Shown: piece by piece, positions 24,275-38,620 of the stretch
Layout: each line of letters opens with the position of its first letter
Position numbering within the stretch: position 1 is the stretch's first letter
Source of the DNA: Callorhinchus milii
Taxonomy: Eukaryota
DNA: 64,000 nt
Reading direction: 5' to 3'
NCBI RefSeq assembly: GCF_018977255.1
Contig: NW_024704743.1
Location: 14,882,001-14,946,000, forward strand
Program-made: the position numbers and the translations under genes
The notes under the pieces: generated by a model
Databases searched by the model: none
What the model was told of the DNA's origin: nothing
What the model saw: the letters and a program-made list of their open reading frames with translations, nothing else

Positions 24275-25300
24275 CGCCCCCACAAGAGGGGGTGCCCCAA
24301 GGCTCCATCCTTGGCCGCCTTCTTTTCCTTATTTACATGCTCCCTCTCAGCAGTATCATCCGCAGACATTGGGTCAATTTCCACATGTATGTGGATGATA
24401 CCCAAATTTACTTCTCCTCCTCCAGCTGTGACTCCCAGTCCGTTGATGTCCTGTCAGCTTGTTTGATGGACCTCAAGGCCTGGATGAGCGCAAATTTCCT
24501 GCAGCTGAAAGGTGGCAAGACGGAACCCATACTCTTTGACTCCCATTAAGGTCTTCTCTCCTGCGGGTCTGAACTCAACCTCCCCCGGGCTCTCCCTCAG
24601 ACACTCAAACCCGTGACAGCTTAGGCATCAGCTTAGATCCCCAGCTTTCCTTTCTACCCCACATCTGTTCCCTGACCAGGATTGCTTTTTTCCACCTCTG
24701 TCACATTGCCCACCTCCATCCATACCTCACAACCAATGCAGCCAAAACCCTGGTCCAGGCCTTCATCATTTCTCGGCTAGACTATTCCAATGCCCTCCTC
24801 ACTGGTCTTCCCAGTTCCATCATGCACAAAATTCAATTAGTGCAAAACTCCAGATACTCACCCGCACAAAACTCTGTACCCCCATCACACCAGTCCTTCC
24901 TAAGTTCCACTGGCTCCCAATTACTGAATGGATCAATTTCAGGATCCTCTCACTCATTTTCAAATCCCTTCATGCCCTTGCATCTCCCTACCTATCCAAT
25001 CTACTTATCCCCCACTCCACCACCCACTGCCTCCACTCAGCTGGCTCCAGCCTCCTGTTTGTCCCTCATCCTCACCGTTCCACCATCAGGTAGTGGCTTC
25101 AGCCACTACGCCCCGAAACTCTGGAACTCTCTCTCGCAGTCCCTCTGCCTCGGCCCCTCCCTCGCCACTTCAAAATCCCACCTAAAGACCTTCCTTTTTG
25201 ATCATGATTACAGTCACCTTGCCCCTCCCTTTCCCCCTGGCTCATTGTCAGGCTCCGCCACTCACAAACTCGAGGACGGTACCCTGCGTGAAGGGCGCTA
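24275..25300 (+). mobile_element. Decayed L2 3' half
   Basis: GVPQGSILGRLLFLIYMLPL, HMYVDDTQIY, PKLWNSL, KTFLFD. Confidence 0.9.
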
Positions 25301-25690
25301 TATAATAATAATAATAACAATAATAATAATCTTTGCATTTGATATAGCGGTTTTCATGTCTTTTAGATGTCTCAAAGCACTTCACAGAATATATTGCAAA
25401 GTGAATTGACTGTGTATTTGTAGGCGAAATGCGGCAGCCATTTGTGCACAATAGTGTCCCACAAACAGTCGTGGATTGAGTGACCGAATTATTATTGGGT
25501 TTTTTTGAGGGATTATTATCCCCGGAAAAGTGATCCTCCAATCAACTAACAACTGGGTTCCTACTTCCTGCTAGGTGAACAGAGGAGTGTGGAGTAAGGA
25601 AACTTGCCTAAGGTTTCGCCCTGCCGGGAATCGAACCCAGGTCTCTCGCTTCCAAGGTGAGTGCCCTAACCACTGAGCTACAGGACTCCA
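25301..25690 (-). mobile_element. tRNA-headed SINE, long form, tail-to-tail with the L2
   Basis: Complete head; CTGTTCACCTAGCAGGAAGTAGGAACCC central block; tail. Confidence 0.9.
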
Positions 25691-27684
25691 TATCAAAGCA
25701 ACTTGTTATTATTATAACACACAAGCTAGGGAGCATGCAGGAAGTGAGCAGGTCAGCTGCGAACACACACAGAAGTGGGATCCACAGTAAGACCGCAATA
25801 TAACCAACTGATTTGCTGCATTTGCCCATATATAACAATAGTCAATTCAGTTCTGATCAAATATATTTTATGAAGAGCTTCAAGACATTTATTTTATACG
25901 AAAGGCACTGTATTAGTAACAATGATTTATTTTTCCTGTTGAGGTTCAAAAGATCAGAGCACACATTAGTCTGAGTACACAGCTAGCATAAACCAGCAAT
26001 GCTTTCACACAGAGAGACACAGTTTGTTGCGCAGCAGAAATAAAGAATTCACATGTCAGAAAAGAAGCCAGAGAGCATTGTCAATAGAAAATGAGGCATC
26101 ACTCAAAAAATAGTTAACAGAGACTAAATTAGCAATGAGAATATTCACACTGGTATAATGAAAGTGCTGTTCTTATGGTGGTGGGAGGTGGGAGTTAAGG
26201 GATATCACTCGGGCAGAGCAGCGAGTTTCACACTGCATCTGGCTGCACTAAGCCTGACCTGGGAGAGTTTTTCTACAGGCGCTGAGAACAAAGAGTGAGA
26301 ATATTTTCCAGTCCACGCCACTGACATCTCTCACTTTGATGAGCGTAAACATTCATAAAAAACTGTAGTGCCGGGGGGACAGAAGGATCATTACATCAAA
26401 GTAATGTGCAGGAGAAGCAAAACTAATTGGAATGAAGTGCTGAGATGGGATCATTAGCAGAGATCATCTCTTCTTAAGGTTTTTGTTTCCTGTAATATTC
26501 ACAATTAAAATTTGTAGAGATTTTTAGTAAATGAAGGAGTTAATCTCCCTTGGACGCTAAATTTACCAATCGAAGCAGAATGATCTTATAATACACTGTA
26601 AGGAAGCTAGGTAATTGGGCCCAGTGGTTTACTAAAAAAAAATCCATCGAGTGAATAGCTCTGCAATAGGTTCTGCGTTATACACAATTATTTTAATGCT
26701 AATTCACAAAGTCCCACTGTTTAAAGGGCATTGAATGTTCCAGCGCAGAAATAGGTCATTCAGCCCATTAAGTGAGTTGCTCCTCACTCCAGTTCTACCC
26801 CCTTCAATCTCCTCAGCCTCTCTCTTAGCCTCACTGAACCAGTGTGTAATATTGGTGGCTGCTTTGATCCTTGGCTCTCATTTTTCTCTCACTTGCTTCT
26901 GTCACATCATCTGCCTTCATCCCTTCCTCAATCTAAATGCAGTAGAAACCCTTATTTAAACCTTTGCCATCTCTTGGCTGAACTTTTCAAATGTCTTATT
27001 GGTCTCCCTAGCTCCACCATCAATAACTTCAACTTATTCAAAATACAATACAATGCAGTTAACATTTATATAACACCTTTCACATTGGAAGGATGTCTCA
27101 AAGCCCTTGGCAATGTTAGCTGGGCACCTGAGTTGGGGATGGGAGCTGAGTGGGGTGAGGAGGGGAAAGATGACCGAAAGAGCAGTCAAAGATGTATGTT
27201 TTGAGATGGGCCTTGAACAAGGGCAAGTCAGAGGGATTCCAGGATGGAATTCCAGAGAGCGGGAGCAGAATGGCTAAAAGCCCGCTCGCAATGGACATTT
27301 GCAGTGTAGAATAAGGCCAATCAGTCCATCAAGTCTGCACTGCCTCTCAGCAAGCTGTTCAAGACTCGAATGTTCAGATACCTGTCTACTTCCCTCTTGA
27401 AACCCACAATAGACTCCACCACTTTACTTGACAGGGCATTCCACATCCCAATAAAACTGTGTGAAACAAATTCTCCTAAACTCTCCCTTCTCTCTTCTTA
27501 TGATTATCCTGCCTTAAAACATATCTCTCTGATCCCACCTACTGTCACCTGCGCATTGCCCCTCTCCCCAGTCAGAGTCCGTCCCACCACTGTAAAGTGT
27601 TCTGAGATGTTATTTTATGTGATGGGCACAATATAAATGCAAGTTGTTATTGGTGGTGCTTTTCTCCACCAGAGCCATCCAGTC

Positions 27685-28022
27685 TAATAATAATCATCCT
27701 TGCATTTGATATAGCGCCTTATCACATCTTCGAGGAATCTCAAAGCATTTCACAGAATATGCTGTAAAGTGAATTGACTGTATATTTGTGGGCGAAACGC
27801 GGCAGCCAATTGCACACAGCAGTGTCCCACAAACAGTCAAGGATCAAGTGACCAATTTATTATTTTTTTGAAGGAATTATTACCCACCAATCAACTATTA
27901 ATCGGGTTCCAACTTACTGCTAGGTAAACAGAGGTGGGTGGAGTAAGGAACGTTTTGCCCTGCCAGGAATTGGACCCAAGTTTCTCGCTTGCAAGGTGAG
28001 TGCTCTAACCATTGAGCTATGG
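27685..28022 (-). mobile_element. tRNA-headed SINE, long form
   Basis: Same blocks as 25301-25690. Confidence 0.88.
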
Positions 28023-30814
28023 GTCTCTAATCTGTCCATTCTCTTTAATACCCTGATTCAACAATGGTTTGTGGCAGAGAATTCCACAATTCAATCACCC
28101 TCCACGTGAAGAAATGTTTTCTATCCTTCCCTTGAATTCTGATGTTGTTTTTCCGTCAGAGAAGTGACAGTAACTCTACCATGTTTCTGAGGAGCAACCT
28201 TCCAGCCCTACCTTTCCTGTTTCAGTGACATCGAGCCCCACCACTGTGAAGGACTCTGGAGATATTATCTTACATAAAGAGTGCTATATAAATGCAAGTT
28301 GCTGTTCCTATTTTTTTCAGCACTAGTTCCCAGATCCCTGTGTCAAGCAGTTTGCAAAACTGCCAGGTGGGGCTAATTTGGTCTCTCACTCCAGAGTCTT
28401 GTTTTATATTAACACCATGGCTCTAATTGCGTGTTTGATATTCATTTGGAGACATAAATATTGAAATGAACTGATGCTTTAATTTCCATTCTAAAACACT
28501 GAGGAATAAATTGCATCAATAGATGGGTAAGTCATTGCACCTGGCAAAATAACAGTACTTTATACAATGACCCCCACCCACCCCCACTGGAATGCAAAAT
28601 AAGTTTAGTGTTGCAGGAAATTTAAAATTCACTATTGCTGTAAGGACTGACTGGAAGTGAGAAAGGAACATTGCTCTGTGGGGAACAGCAAATGTATTCT
28701 GCTGAGGCTGACCTTCAAACACATTGTCAGGGATATCATAAATGCTGTAACTGATGTTGCTTGGTACCACTTGATACTGTCATTGGCTACAAAGGTGAAA
28801 GGGTTCCATTGTCCGGCACTGCCATTTCTCATGTTGGTTAAGTATCGACGGACTGGCCGTGTCAAATAAAAAGGTATTTGCTGAAAGCATTTCAATTCTA
28901 TTTCATTGGTCCTGAATTTAGAATCTCTCACACAAACACACACAAGAGAGCTATGTGGCATCAACCTTCTGGATTTACTACTGAGCTGCTAATACAACAA
29001 CACAACAACAAAATTACATTTGTATAGCGCCTTTCACATCAGGAGGACATCCCAAGGAGCTGGACAATCAGTGTTTCAGATCCGAGCTGGGGGTCAGGAT
29101 CGAGGAGGGTGGAGGGCAGGGGGGGATGGAGGGTGACTGAAGGCACATCAAAGAGGAGGGTCTTGAGACGGGTCCTGAAGAAGGCAAGGGAGGGGGTAAG
29201 GCGGATGCTGGACATCCTAATCCATTGCATCTTAACTAGTAATGTTAAGCCCTCTAGCTGGATATGAGTCAAATAGCCCTCCCTTTCCTTCCAAGGGCTT
29301 GTTTGAGTGGAGTTCACTTGGGTTGATATTCTGAACAGAATTCTCAACAAAGTGATAGTCAACACATCATACGTCTTAATTTTCACCTTATCGTGTCCAA
29401 TTTACTCCACAAAGTGTGATGTCAATATAAAGCAGCAGGTTACAAAATAATGCTTTGCTCTGCCTTTGCTATGGCCTAAACATAACTTATGAACACTGAG
29501 AGGATGTGTGTAAGATTTCTATTTCACAGCATTGAGAGCACTCGTGTTCATTGGGACAAGACATTCACTGCCTTCTCATAGGAAAATACAAGACTATCAG
29601 GTACATTGATCCCTACGCACTATGTATACAGTAACCATGGTGCTCCTAAGTTAAGGAGATGAGAATCAGCCATAGTTCATGCTTTGATCTTTAACTCTGC
29701 CTCCAATCTTCTCCCTTGTGTGTGGACGTAAGGTGGGAAAAGCAACAGGTGAGTGACAGGTGGTTCTGTTTTTGTCCCATTTTTCCAATATTCATGTCAA
29801 TGTAATTGAGCTGCTTCTTCCTTATAATCCTGATGAGTGAACCTTGTGGAGCAATTGGTAGCTTTTTGCTGTAGTCAATTTCAGAAGTTTTGGAGGATAT
29901 CATTATTAATTATCCTTGCATTTGATATCACACTTTGGGAGGACATCTTTAAGATCTTCACAGGATTCACTGTAAAGTGCAGTGACTGTGCATATTTTGG
30001 AGGCGGGTGTGTGCTGGTCTGTTAGCTCAGATCCAGCAGGGGTCCGCTCTTATTTGGAATGTGCATCAGTGTCAAATGTCAGGGATTGATAACGGGCCGA
30101 GCTACAGGAAGTACATTAGGAAGCCAGTTGGTAAACATTCATAAATCCCTGTCATTTTCTGCAGTTGTTCAGCCGAGCTGCCTTTAATTGGAGAGCGAGT
30201 GAGGGAGAGAGTCAGCCTGGCTAAGGGAAGGTCTGTGTGTGCCTGATTTTTTGAAAGGTGACAAAAACGTTGCCTGGTTACCACATATTTCATTCGCTTC
30301 ACAAACTGAGAAGACTTTACTCGTTGACAGAGCTTCACCATCAATATCACTTTCCAATATCAAAGCCGATTAAAGAATAATGTTTGAGATGAACATCCAG
30401 ATACATTGATTATTTCATTGAACACACAGGATGATTTTTTTCCCCTAGACTCTTTTGTTCGGGAGAGAGCAGAAATACAACCTATTTTATGCAATAGTTG
30501 CCACTGGCAATAATTATCACATCACATATGGCATTATTCAAATCTTTATCTTGTTTTCTCCTTTCTTTGTCTGTGGTGCTGACTCTCGCTGGGAAGGCTC
30601 TCACTAATGCTGGGCATCTTCGGGTACTTTACCCAATGTGGCTATTCTTGTGTAAGCCCAGACCAAAGAGTTGGTCAGCTTATTCAACAATGTAGGAGTA
30701 CATTTTTAAGAAGAGGGTCTAAAATGTGCGACAGTGTTTACAATGTTGAATTGCATAGGATTATAGATAAAAAATTTGTCTGAAACTGAATGTGCATCAC
30801 ACCGGTCTGGAGGA

Positions 30815-31728
30815 ATCTAGCACTCGCCTCACAAGCGAGAGGATGCTGGTTCGATTCCCAGGCAGGGTGAAACCTTAGGCAAATTTCCATACTCCACACA
30901 CCTCTGTTTACCTAGCAGTAAGTAAGAACCAGGTTGTGAGTAGATCGTGGACCACTTTCTGGGGGTAATAATCCCTTCAAAATAAATAGATACGTAAATC
31001 TGTACTAATAAAATGAGAAAGTCTGTCTGCGCTTCAAGAAGGATCTCAATAACTGACTGATGTAGAGATATGATTTGTACCTCATCGGAAAGGTCTTGCT
31101 TCTGGGAGTGACATGGGTATATTTGTTTTCAGGTATCTCCTATTGTTCATGAGTTATTTTCAGTTCTGCATTTTTTGATGCAGTTACACCTGTTGACCTC
31201 CGAGTCAAAGTGGCACTGTGGCATCGTCCATCACAGAGGACATACGTATGTACGCGCACACTGCAGTTACACCGGTGGCTGCACCAGTTGACATTGGCGC
31301 TGTGACATCCTGCGTTACAGAACACAGACGAAGCTAAGCCTCAGCAACAACAACAAAATTACATTTTTAAATTGTCGAGTCCTCCCACTGAATGCTCCCA
31401 AGAGGAGTCTTCCCACAGGAGTCCTTTCAGATGAGTATAGATAAAAATGAAATGTCTGTCTATGTGTCTGTCTGTGGGTCAATCTGCATTCTATACTGGA
31501 TCATTTGATTGCAAGTGTAGCTGCAACAGGTACAGCTAGCAAATAAATAAATACTAATTTGGTCACTTGTTCCACAACTGTTTGCGGTATACTGTTGTGT
31601 GCAACTGACTGCCGTGTTTCGCCAACAAAGCATACAGTCAATTCATTTTACAGTATATTCTGTGAAGCACTTTGAGATGTCTTGATGATGTGATAGACTT
31701 TATATCAAATGCAAGGAATATTATTATA
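30815..31728 (+). mobile_element. Long-form SINE interrupted by a Helitron
   Basis: Head and central block 30815-30984; Deu block and tail 31541-31728. Confidence 0.85.
30999..31539 (+). mobile_element. Non-autonomous Helitron
   Basis: TCTGTACTAATAAAATG ... AGCTGCAACAGGTACAGCTAG; collinear with 57044-57559; shared sequence may begin ~30985. Confidence 0.72.
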
Positions 31729-31729
31729 A

Positions 31730-31920
31730 CATAACATAACTTGTAGGAGCAGGAATAGGCCAATCGGCCATTCGAGCCTGCCCCGCATTCAATCATGGCT
31801 GATCTTCTAATCTAACTCCAGCTAATAACCTGACCCGGCCTTAAACCCATATCCCTTAATCCCTTTTGCAATAAGAAATCTATCTATCTCAGTCTTGAAT
31901 CTCTTGAATTATTAATCTCT
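31730..31920 (-). mobile_element. CR1 3' end
   Basis: (ATAAC)n followed by GGAGCAGGAATAGGCCAATCGGCCATTCGAGCCTGC. Confidence 0.7.
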
Positions 31921-33199
31921 ACACTGTCTGGAAGGAAGGAGACAAGGACAAAGTTGCATTGGGTAGCATAGTACACATCTGGTTAATATCAGGATTTGAT
32001 AAATCTAGGCTGTGTGCTTCAAAATAATGCTTATTTCTGAAGATCAGTGCACCTTTCATATTCTTTCTTGGTGCAGCTCAAGGTGTGGAGAGTACTGCCC
32101 AATGTTCATGTGATCTGTCTTTATGAAAGCAGTGCAGAATAAATTGTTTTCGTTTTAAAATTTCTCCCTGACCCAACTATCCTGCAGACATTTTTCCTTC
32201 TATTTGGGTTATGATTTTACAGTTGCAGGTACCTCACTGCCACTCTTTATGTGTGATTTTTGATGGTGGGTCAGGAGCTATTAAACAGCACAAGTCAGTG
32301 TAGCCAAGATCAATCCTGTCCACCCCTATTCTCTACACACTGCATGTGCAGCAGAAAGTGGCATCTAGCATTTGGAGAGGGAATCCTGAATGATTTGTCC
32401 TACATTTAATCAGGACATTGATACCATTTGCATCACGCTTCTCATTGCCCTTGCTGAGTTCATGGTAATTGATCACAGACCAGTAACTCAACCTAGGCCT
32501 TTCACAGCATGTATGGCTCAGCTACTCTTGGACAATTGAACTGAGCCCGGTGACAAATGTTTTGGTTTGATTATAAATACACATTGTGATATCAGCCACA
32601 TCAAAATACATCAACTTGTCATTATATTATCATTGTAACAAAAGTAATACAAGGTCATTTTGGCTCTTCTCCCTAAACAACAGAATTTGCTTAGCACAAT
32701 CTCATAAAGACAGCGGCCTTTCAACATTGTGTTTGCCAGATACGTTTCCGAGCAAGTGCAGTAGAGTATTTCAGAGAGTATTTCAGACAAATGTCTGCTT
32801 CTTGTTCACAAAAATAGATTTTGTTATCAGCTGTTGAACAACATGTGTCCACAGAATTAAAATTCCCTGCAAATAAGAGACTTGGCTGGCTTAACGGCTT
32901 AATTTTCACAGACAAATTGGGAAGAAATATTTTTCATTTGGTTATAGATCAGACATTTATGTTAGATACAAAGATGCAGAAATAATCTAAAATATGCATC
33001 AGATATTAATGATGTATTGATATCAGATCAGATATTAAGAAGACATTAAAATAAATTCACTTTTCTTACATACAATAGCATTTCCAATGTTTCCATTGTT
33101 CAATGGAGGTCAAAAATAATTCTTAATCCCCTTGCTTTAACTTATATAAATACCAATAGTAGTTATGATGAAGAGGGCAGTTCAACCAATACTAACATT

Positions 33200-33520
33200 A
33201 ATAATAATCCTTATGTTTGATAGAGTATCTTTTAAGTACGAGAATGTTTCAAAGCATTTCACCTAATTTATTGTGTATTTTGTAAGCAAACTCAGCAATC
33301 AATTTTGCACACAGCAATGAACGACAAACAGCCAATTTTATTTGAGGACATCTGGAGAAACTTCCTTCTCTTTTTGAATAGCGCCATAGGATCTTTAACC
33401 TGAACAAGCAGGTGAGACTTCAGTTTCAGATCTCATCCAAAGGACAGCACTTCTGACTAAACAGCACTCCCCCAGCGATGCATTGGAATGCCAGCCTAGC
33501 TCCAGACTATGATCTGACAC
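33200..33520 (-). mobile_element. Old Deu-domain SINE
   Basis: TTTTGAATAGCGCCATAGGATCTTTAAC and tail blocks. Confidence 0.7.
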
Positions 33521-34635
33521 TTGGCTCAGCTGGTAAGTAAAATTGATACCTAAAGGTGACATCTGGCTCTATAAATGTCAGTCCATAATTCTCAACATCT
33601 GTGACTGAACCAAAGTTAACCCTCAGGAAGCAGCAAAAAAGAAGCAGAGGAAGATCTTGCTTCACAGGTGGTAGAGAAACACTAACAAACATTGACTGTA
33701 AAACTGCTAGGCTCTGTGCTTGATAACATTTTTGATGTATTTTTAAATTTAAAAGTGGCAGGACATCTGCATGGTTGTTGTCCATATACAACAACTTGCA
33801 TTTATCTAGCACCCTCACATAGGTAATGCATTGGAACACTTCACAGGGTTGGGGGGAGGCGAGAGGGAGGTCCTCTCCCCTCGGATAGGCAACATATCAA
33901 ACTAGAACGTAGACCCTGATATAGGACACCTATGGCAATAGTAACCTCAAAATGGACAATGCCTGTCTGTTCAAAGACCATTGCATTATATATGGGGCTG
34001 TCATTGCTGGTCTGAATGAATGAAAAAGAAGCACGTGACTAAAGGGTAGATACAACAGAAGAGCTACCAATAGAGTGAATTACTTCAAAGCAGTGCAGAT
34101 AGCAATTATAAAGACAGACATTAAAATGAATAAACCAGCTAATGTCAATCTTCAGGACTTTACTTGTCAAACTTTAGAAATTGGCTGGTTGTGTGCCTAA
34201 AACTCCTCTCTTAAACTTGATCCCAAGCATTTCAATTTATCACCGAGGAATATATGAAAGATTGTTTTTTTAATCATAAAGGATCAGAAGTCTGTTCAAA
34301 CTAACACTAGCTGCATTAAAGTACCCTGATGAATTTGTGAACAGGAAATCCTGAGGTAGTTTAGAAACCGCCCACACTTGGTGATTAATGTGAATGAATC
34401 ATAGAACAGCACAAATACAATCCTCAAACTATTACCATAGTTCAAACAAGCAATTTGATTCATTACTGCATTGTTTAAGCAGCTAATAGATAATATGCAT
34501 CATTCATGAGCAAACTATTTTTTCCTTGTAAACATTTAGTAGACTGCAGAATGCAACTTGTCTGATCAATTGTGTGATTCAAGTTTTTGAATGGTATTTA
34601 ATGGAATCAACAAGAGAGTTAGTTCTCATTCAAAC

Positions 34636-35165
34636 AATAATGATAATCTTTGCATTTCATACAGCACCTTTCACATCAGGAGGCATCTCAAAGTGCTTTG
34701 CAGAATCTACTGTACAGTGGAGTGACTGTAGTTGTAGGCGATCGCAATGGTCAATTTGTGCACAGCAATGTCCTACACTCAGCCTTGAAGTGAATGATCA
34801 ATTTTATTAAGGGGATTCATGGCCAGGCCACTGGGAGAAACTCCTTTCTCTTGTTGAATATTGACATGGAATCTTCAATGTCAACCTGAACAGGACCTCA
34901 GTTTAATATCTAATTTGTAATATGGCACCTGTGACAATATAGCTCTCCTACAGCACTGCATTACAGTTCTCCCACAGCACTGCACTGCAATGCAGCTCTC
35001 CCACAGCACTGCACTGCAATGCAGCTCTCCCACAGCACTGCACTTGAATGCAGCTCTCCCACAGCACTGCACTGCAATGTCAGCCTAATTTGTGAGTTCA
35101 AATTCCCAATGTGGAGTTGAACCCACAACCTTCTGATTCGGAGAAGAGAGTACCAACTAAACCAG
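34636..35165 (-). mobile_element. Old Deu-domain SINE with internal tandem expansion
   Basis: tRNA-like head at 35110-35165, Deu blocks, tail. Confidence 0.75.
34941..35078. repeat. ~29-bp minisatellite GCAGCTCTCCCACAGCACTGCACTGCAAT, about 5 units
   Basis: Directly visible tandem units. Confidence 0.9.
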
Positions 35166-37489
35166 GGTGATATCCCATAAAAAGGTAAAATACAACAAAC
35201 ATTGAGTAAATAACAGGGCCTCTTTGTTTTCACTAGGTGGACATTTCTGTTATTTTTGTACCAACAGTTACGTAAATATTCCGAAGAAATAAATGTTTTA
35301 CTTTTTGTATTTCAGCACTAAAAACATCAATTTCCTCAGTGAAACAAAATGTGTCTGAGCTGCTGCTAATCTGGAAGTTGTCACTTATTTTGGCTGTCAA
35401 TTCAAGTGGATTGCCTTATTACTTTTCCAGTCAGTGATCGCCATTTATACCAACAAAATATCCTTATAATTGGGTGTTAAGCATATGATATAAACCACAT
35501 GCAAACCATGTACAGGTCNAAAAAAAATTGTGAGTTGCATAAATCAAAATTTATAACTCTTGCCTCACCTCACTCCTCCTTCCTTCCCCACTTTCAAACC
35601 CCATCTTAAAACCTTGTTTTTAAGCTGCAGTTTTGTTCACCTTTCCCCCAACATTCCTCAACTCCTCCCACCCTAGCGACTGTGAAACTTTTCCACATGT
35701 CCTCCTGATGTGAAAGGCACTGTATAAGTGTGAAATAGCTGTTGTTGTTGTTGGTCATTAGTTATATAATTAAGGGCACCACTAATTCTCTCTGTACATT
35801 TCCATTTACATACAATTTATACAACACAAAAATAGACTCCAGACATGATGGATTATTGTTCAAACAAATTCTACAAAGTCAGCATTTCGAGTGTCACCAC
35901 TTATCCGTTTAAAGATATACTAAACCTGTCCCCACTGATTCAATTCCTTTTCGTTCATTTACTTTTTGTTCAGTAGTTTCTGTATGCTTCACAAGGTAAG
36001 GAAAGCGAGTGAAAAATGTTTCCATTTTCTGTGCCCAATATCAAACACAACTGTCCCGGTTACACTGCCCACTCAGTAAAATAGCCAATTATTCAATAAT
36101 ACAGTCTATATTTCAGCGCTGTACCTCACAGTGTGGACACGTATTCCCTTCACTGGTGAATGTCTCGTCTGTGATCATGCATTTCAGTCCTTTCCACCCA
36201 TTAAGCCTAAGTCAATGGCATCAACAACATGCAATTACACACCTTTTACCAACAATATCGTCTCAAAGCACTTTGCAGACACAGTGGACATAACGACAAC
36301 AAGAACAACAAGATTACATTTATATAGCACTTTCACGTTGGGAGGACATCCCAAGACGCTGAAGAAGATGAGCAAGGTGGGAAGAAGGGAATATGAGGGC
36401 GTTGAATGGTCAAGGAAGTAGGTTTTTGGGACAGTTTTGAAGCCATGGGAGTTACAAGCAATCCATTTCACAGCTTAGGCAGCACTAAATTTATCAATGG
36501 ATTTTTCACCCAACATTTGTCAAACATGCTTGTGTTATTGAACCAAGACAGAAACATTTGTTTTGTTTCCTAATGCTTTGCTGTTTGGAACCACTACAAG
36601 CAAAGTTTGTTATATTCCCATTACTTTTATTTTGACTTCTGTTTACTCAACTTACTTCATTGTAGATTGACCAGAGGTCTGAATGTAAGTAATTTAATGC
36701 CTTTGTCAAATTTTCTTCCATTGACCTTGTCTCAGTTTCCGTGGTGCTTTGTTTGTGCTTAAGTTTTCTAAGAAGGTATTGAAGTGATCTAAAGATTGCA
36801 TCCGTCCTTTGGGGCCATTCAAAACCAGTCGGTGAATACAATGCTGAATGTGTGGTATTACAGGTAAGTTTGGACTGAATCCATAATTGTGGAGGTTGAT
36901 AAAAGCGGTTTGTCTGTCACTCTCTGAAGAAGGTTTTATTGAACTCAATGAAACTTGATTGATTTTGTGCTTTGATGCACTTTTATCTCCTCTAAGATAT
37001 CTAAGAGTTCAAAATGACATTTTGGAATAAGAAAATCATCACAACATTGGTGCAAAACCTATTTTGTGCACGTTCGATTAAAGTACAACATATTGCTTTT
37101 CAGCTGATATGGCCATTCATGTGAAATAAAGCACAAGCTTAACAATGGAAAAATAATAGTTATTTATTTCTACGTTGCAGCAAACCTGATTTAGCGCAAG
37201 TGACTGCTATAAAAAAGGATTACGGAAGGGCACTAAACTGCAATTGTGTTCTTTCATATTTCATTACCATCCAAATGAAATCCAGAGCATTTTATCAAGT
37301 AAGGTAGAAACCCACAAACAAGAACTGAGATTTATTAGCCATTGATTTCTAGCAGAATTGCGAAATAAGGAATTTGAGTAAGGACCCTTTCCAGTGACCG
37401 GAATTACATCACTCACATCCCACTGATACATTGGAACTTGGTTTGTGATATTGTGGAATGTGCTGCATCAAAAGGCCACAAAGCCCGAT

Positions 37490-37960
37490 TATTTGGAGTG
37501 GTTGAAATGGAAATAGATACTTGCGAAGTAAAGATATTAAGGATTGTAGGGAAAAAGCAAGGAAGTGTGATTAAAAGATCTTCCATGATCCTTCATCTAA
37601 AATGAGGGACCATAAATATGAGATAGTCAGTAGATGATCTACAGCAACAACATGACAACAAGTTGCATTTATATAGCGCCTTTCACGCAGGGTAACTTCC
37701 TGGAGAGCTTCACAATGGTGGAGTCTGACACAGTCTGACAAATTCTAAAAGGTAATTTAGGAGGAATTTCTTTAAGCAGAGGATGGTGGGAATGTGGAAC
37801 TCACTGCCATAACCTGTGGTTGAAACAGAAAGCATTAAAGTATTTAAGAGGAAACTCAGTACATATATGAGGGAGAAGGGAATAGGGGAGTGTTGGAGCG
37901 GGGAATAGGAGAGAGGAATATGAGGGGTGGAGGCTCATGTGAAGTGTAAAGAGATGAGAT
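37490..37960 (+). mobile_element. CR1 3' fragments with nested L2 tail
   Basis: TTTAGGAGGAATTTCTTTAAGCAGAGGATGGTGGGAATGTGGAACTCACTGCC. Confidence 0.7.
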
Positions 37961-38620
37961 GGTATTGGATGACACATTTTAAATCTGTAGGGGTGGGGGT
38001 GAGGTCAGGAAGAGATGTTCATGGAAAATGACACCGTGTGGACTGTTTGTATGTTACATTGTGTATTGGGATACTTGGGAAATGTGGAACCAGGCTAAAT
38101 CTATAGCTGGAATCAAAGCAAACCAAAAGGACCATTCTTCCCGCTTTGTAAACTCTTCTTGCTTTGTAAGGTTATACAGAGCGCACCACCAAATCATTCT
38201 TTTCTCGCTTTTAATGGATTCAAAATTTTGCAAAAACATGCATATAGATATCAGGGTTGAAACTGTGGTATTTGCAATCCAGAAGCCGCTCGAATAGCCA
38301 CAATTACTATTTGCCACTGCACCTGTTTCCTGGCCCACAAAGGGCCTGAAATAGTTGCCAAGAGGTTGGAATGTCAAGGTGCCCTTTTCAAACCTACGAG
38401 ATTGGGATATCACCCCTGATTTTCTTCCTGATATGTTTTGTTAGCAAATTTGGTGGCAAACTCTGCAATTTATTTCACAAATCAAAAAGTTGCAATTAGA
38501 GCACAGTTGCCATTTGCAAATATGGTTTGTAAATATTATGTTTTAAAAGGAAGGAACAACAACAGCAACAACTTGGACTTATATAGCATCCTCCACGCAG
38601 GGTAGTGTCTCAGACCCCTT

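Noticed and set aside
29733..29754. Plus-strand micro-exons (also near 8320 and 35975)
   Set aside because: Isolated splice-like motifs with no supporting frame chain; expected by chance in 64 kb
35519..35519. Single N base
   Set aside because: Assembly ambiguity next to a poly-A run, not a biological feature
38054..38413. 119-aa minus-strand ORF with a vague RGS-like FL...WW pattern
   Set aside because: Resemblance is too weak, the donor is poor, and its phase does not fit neighbouring exon candidates
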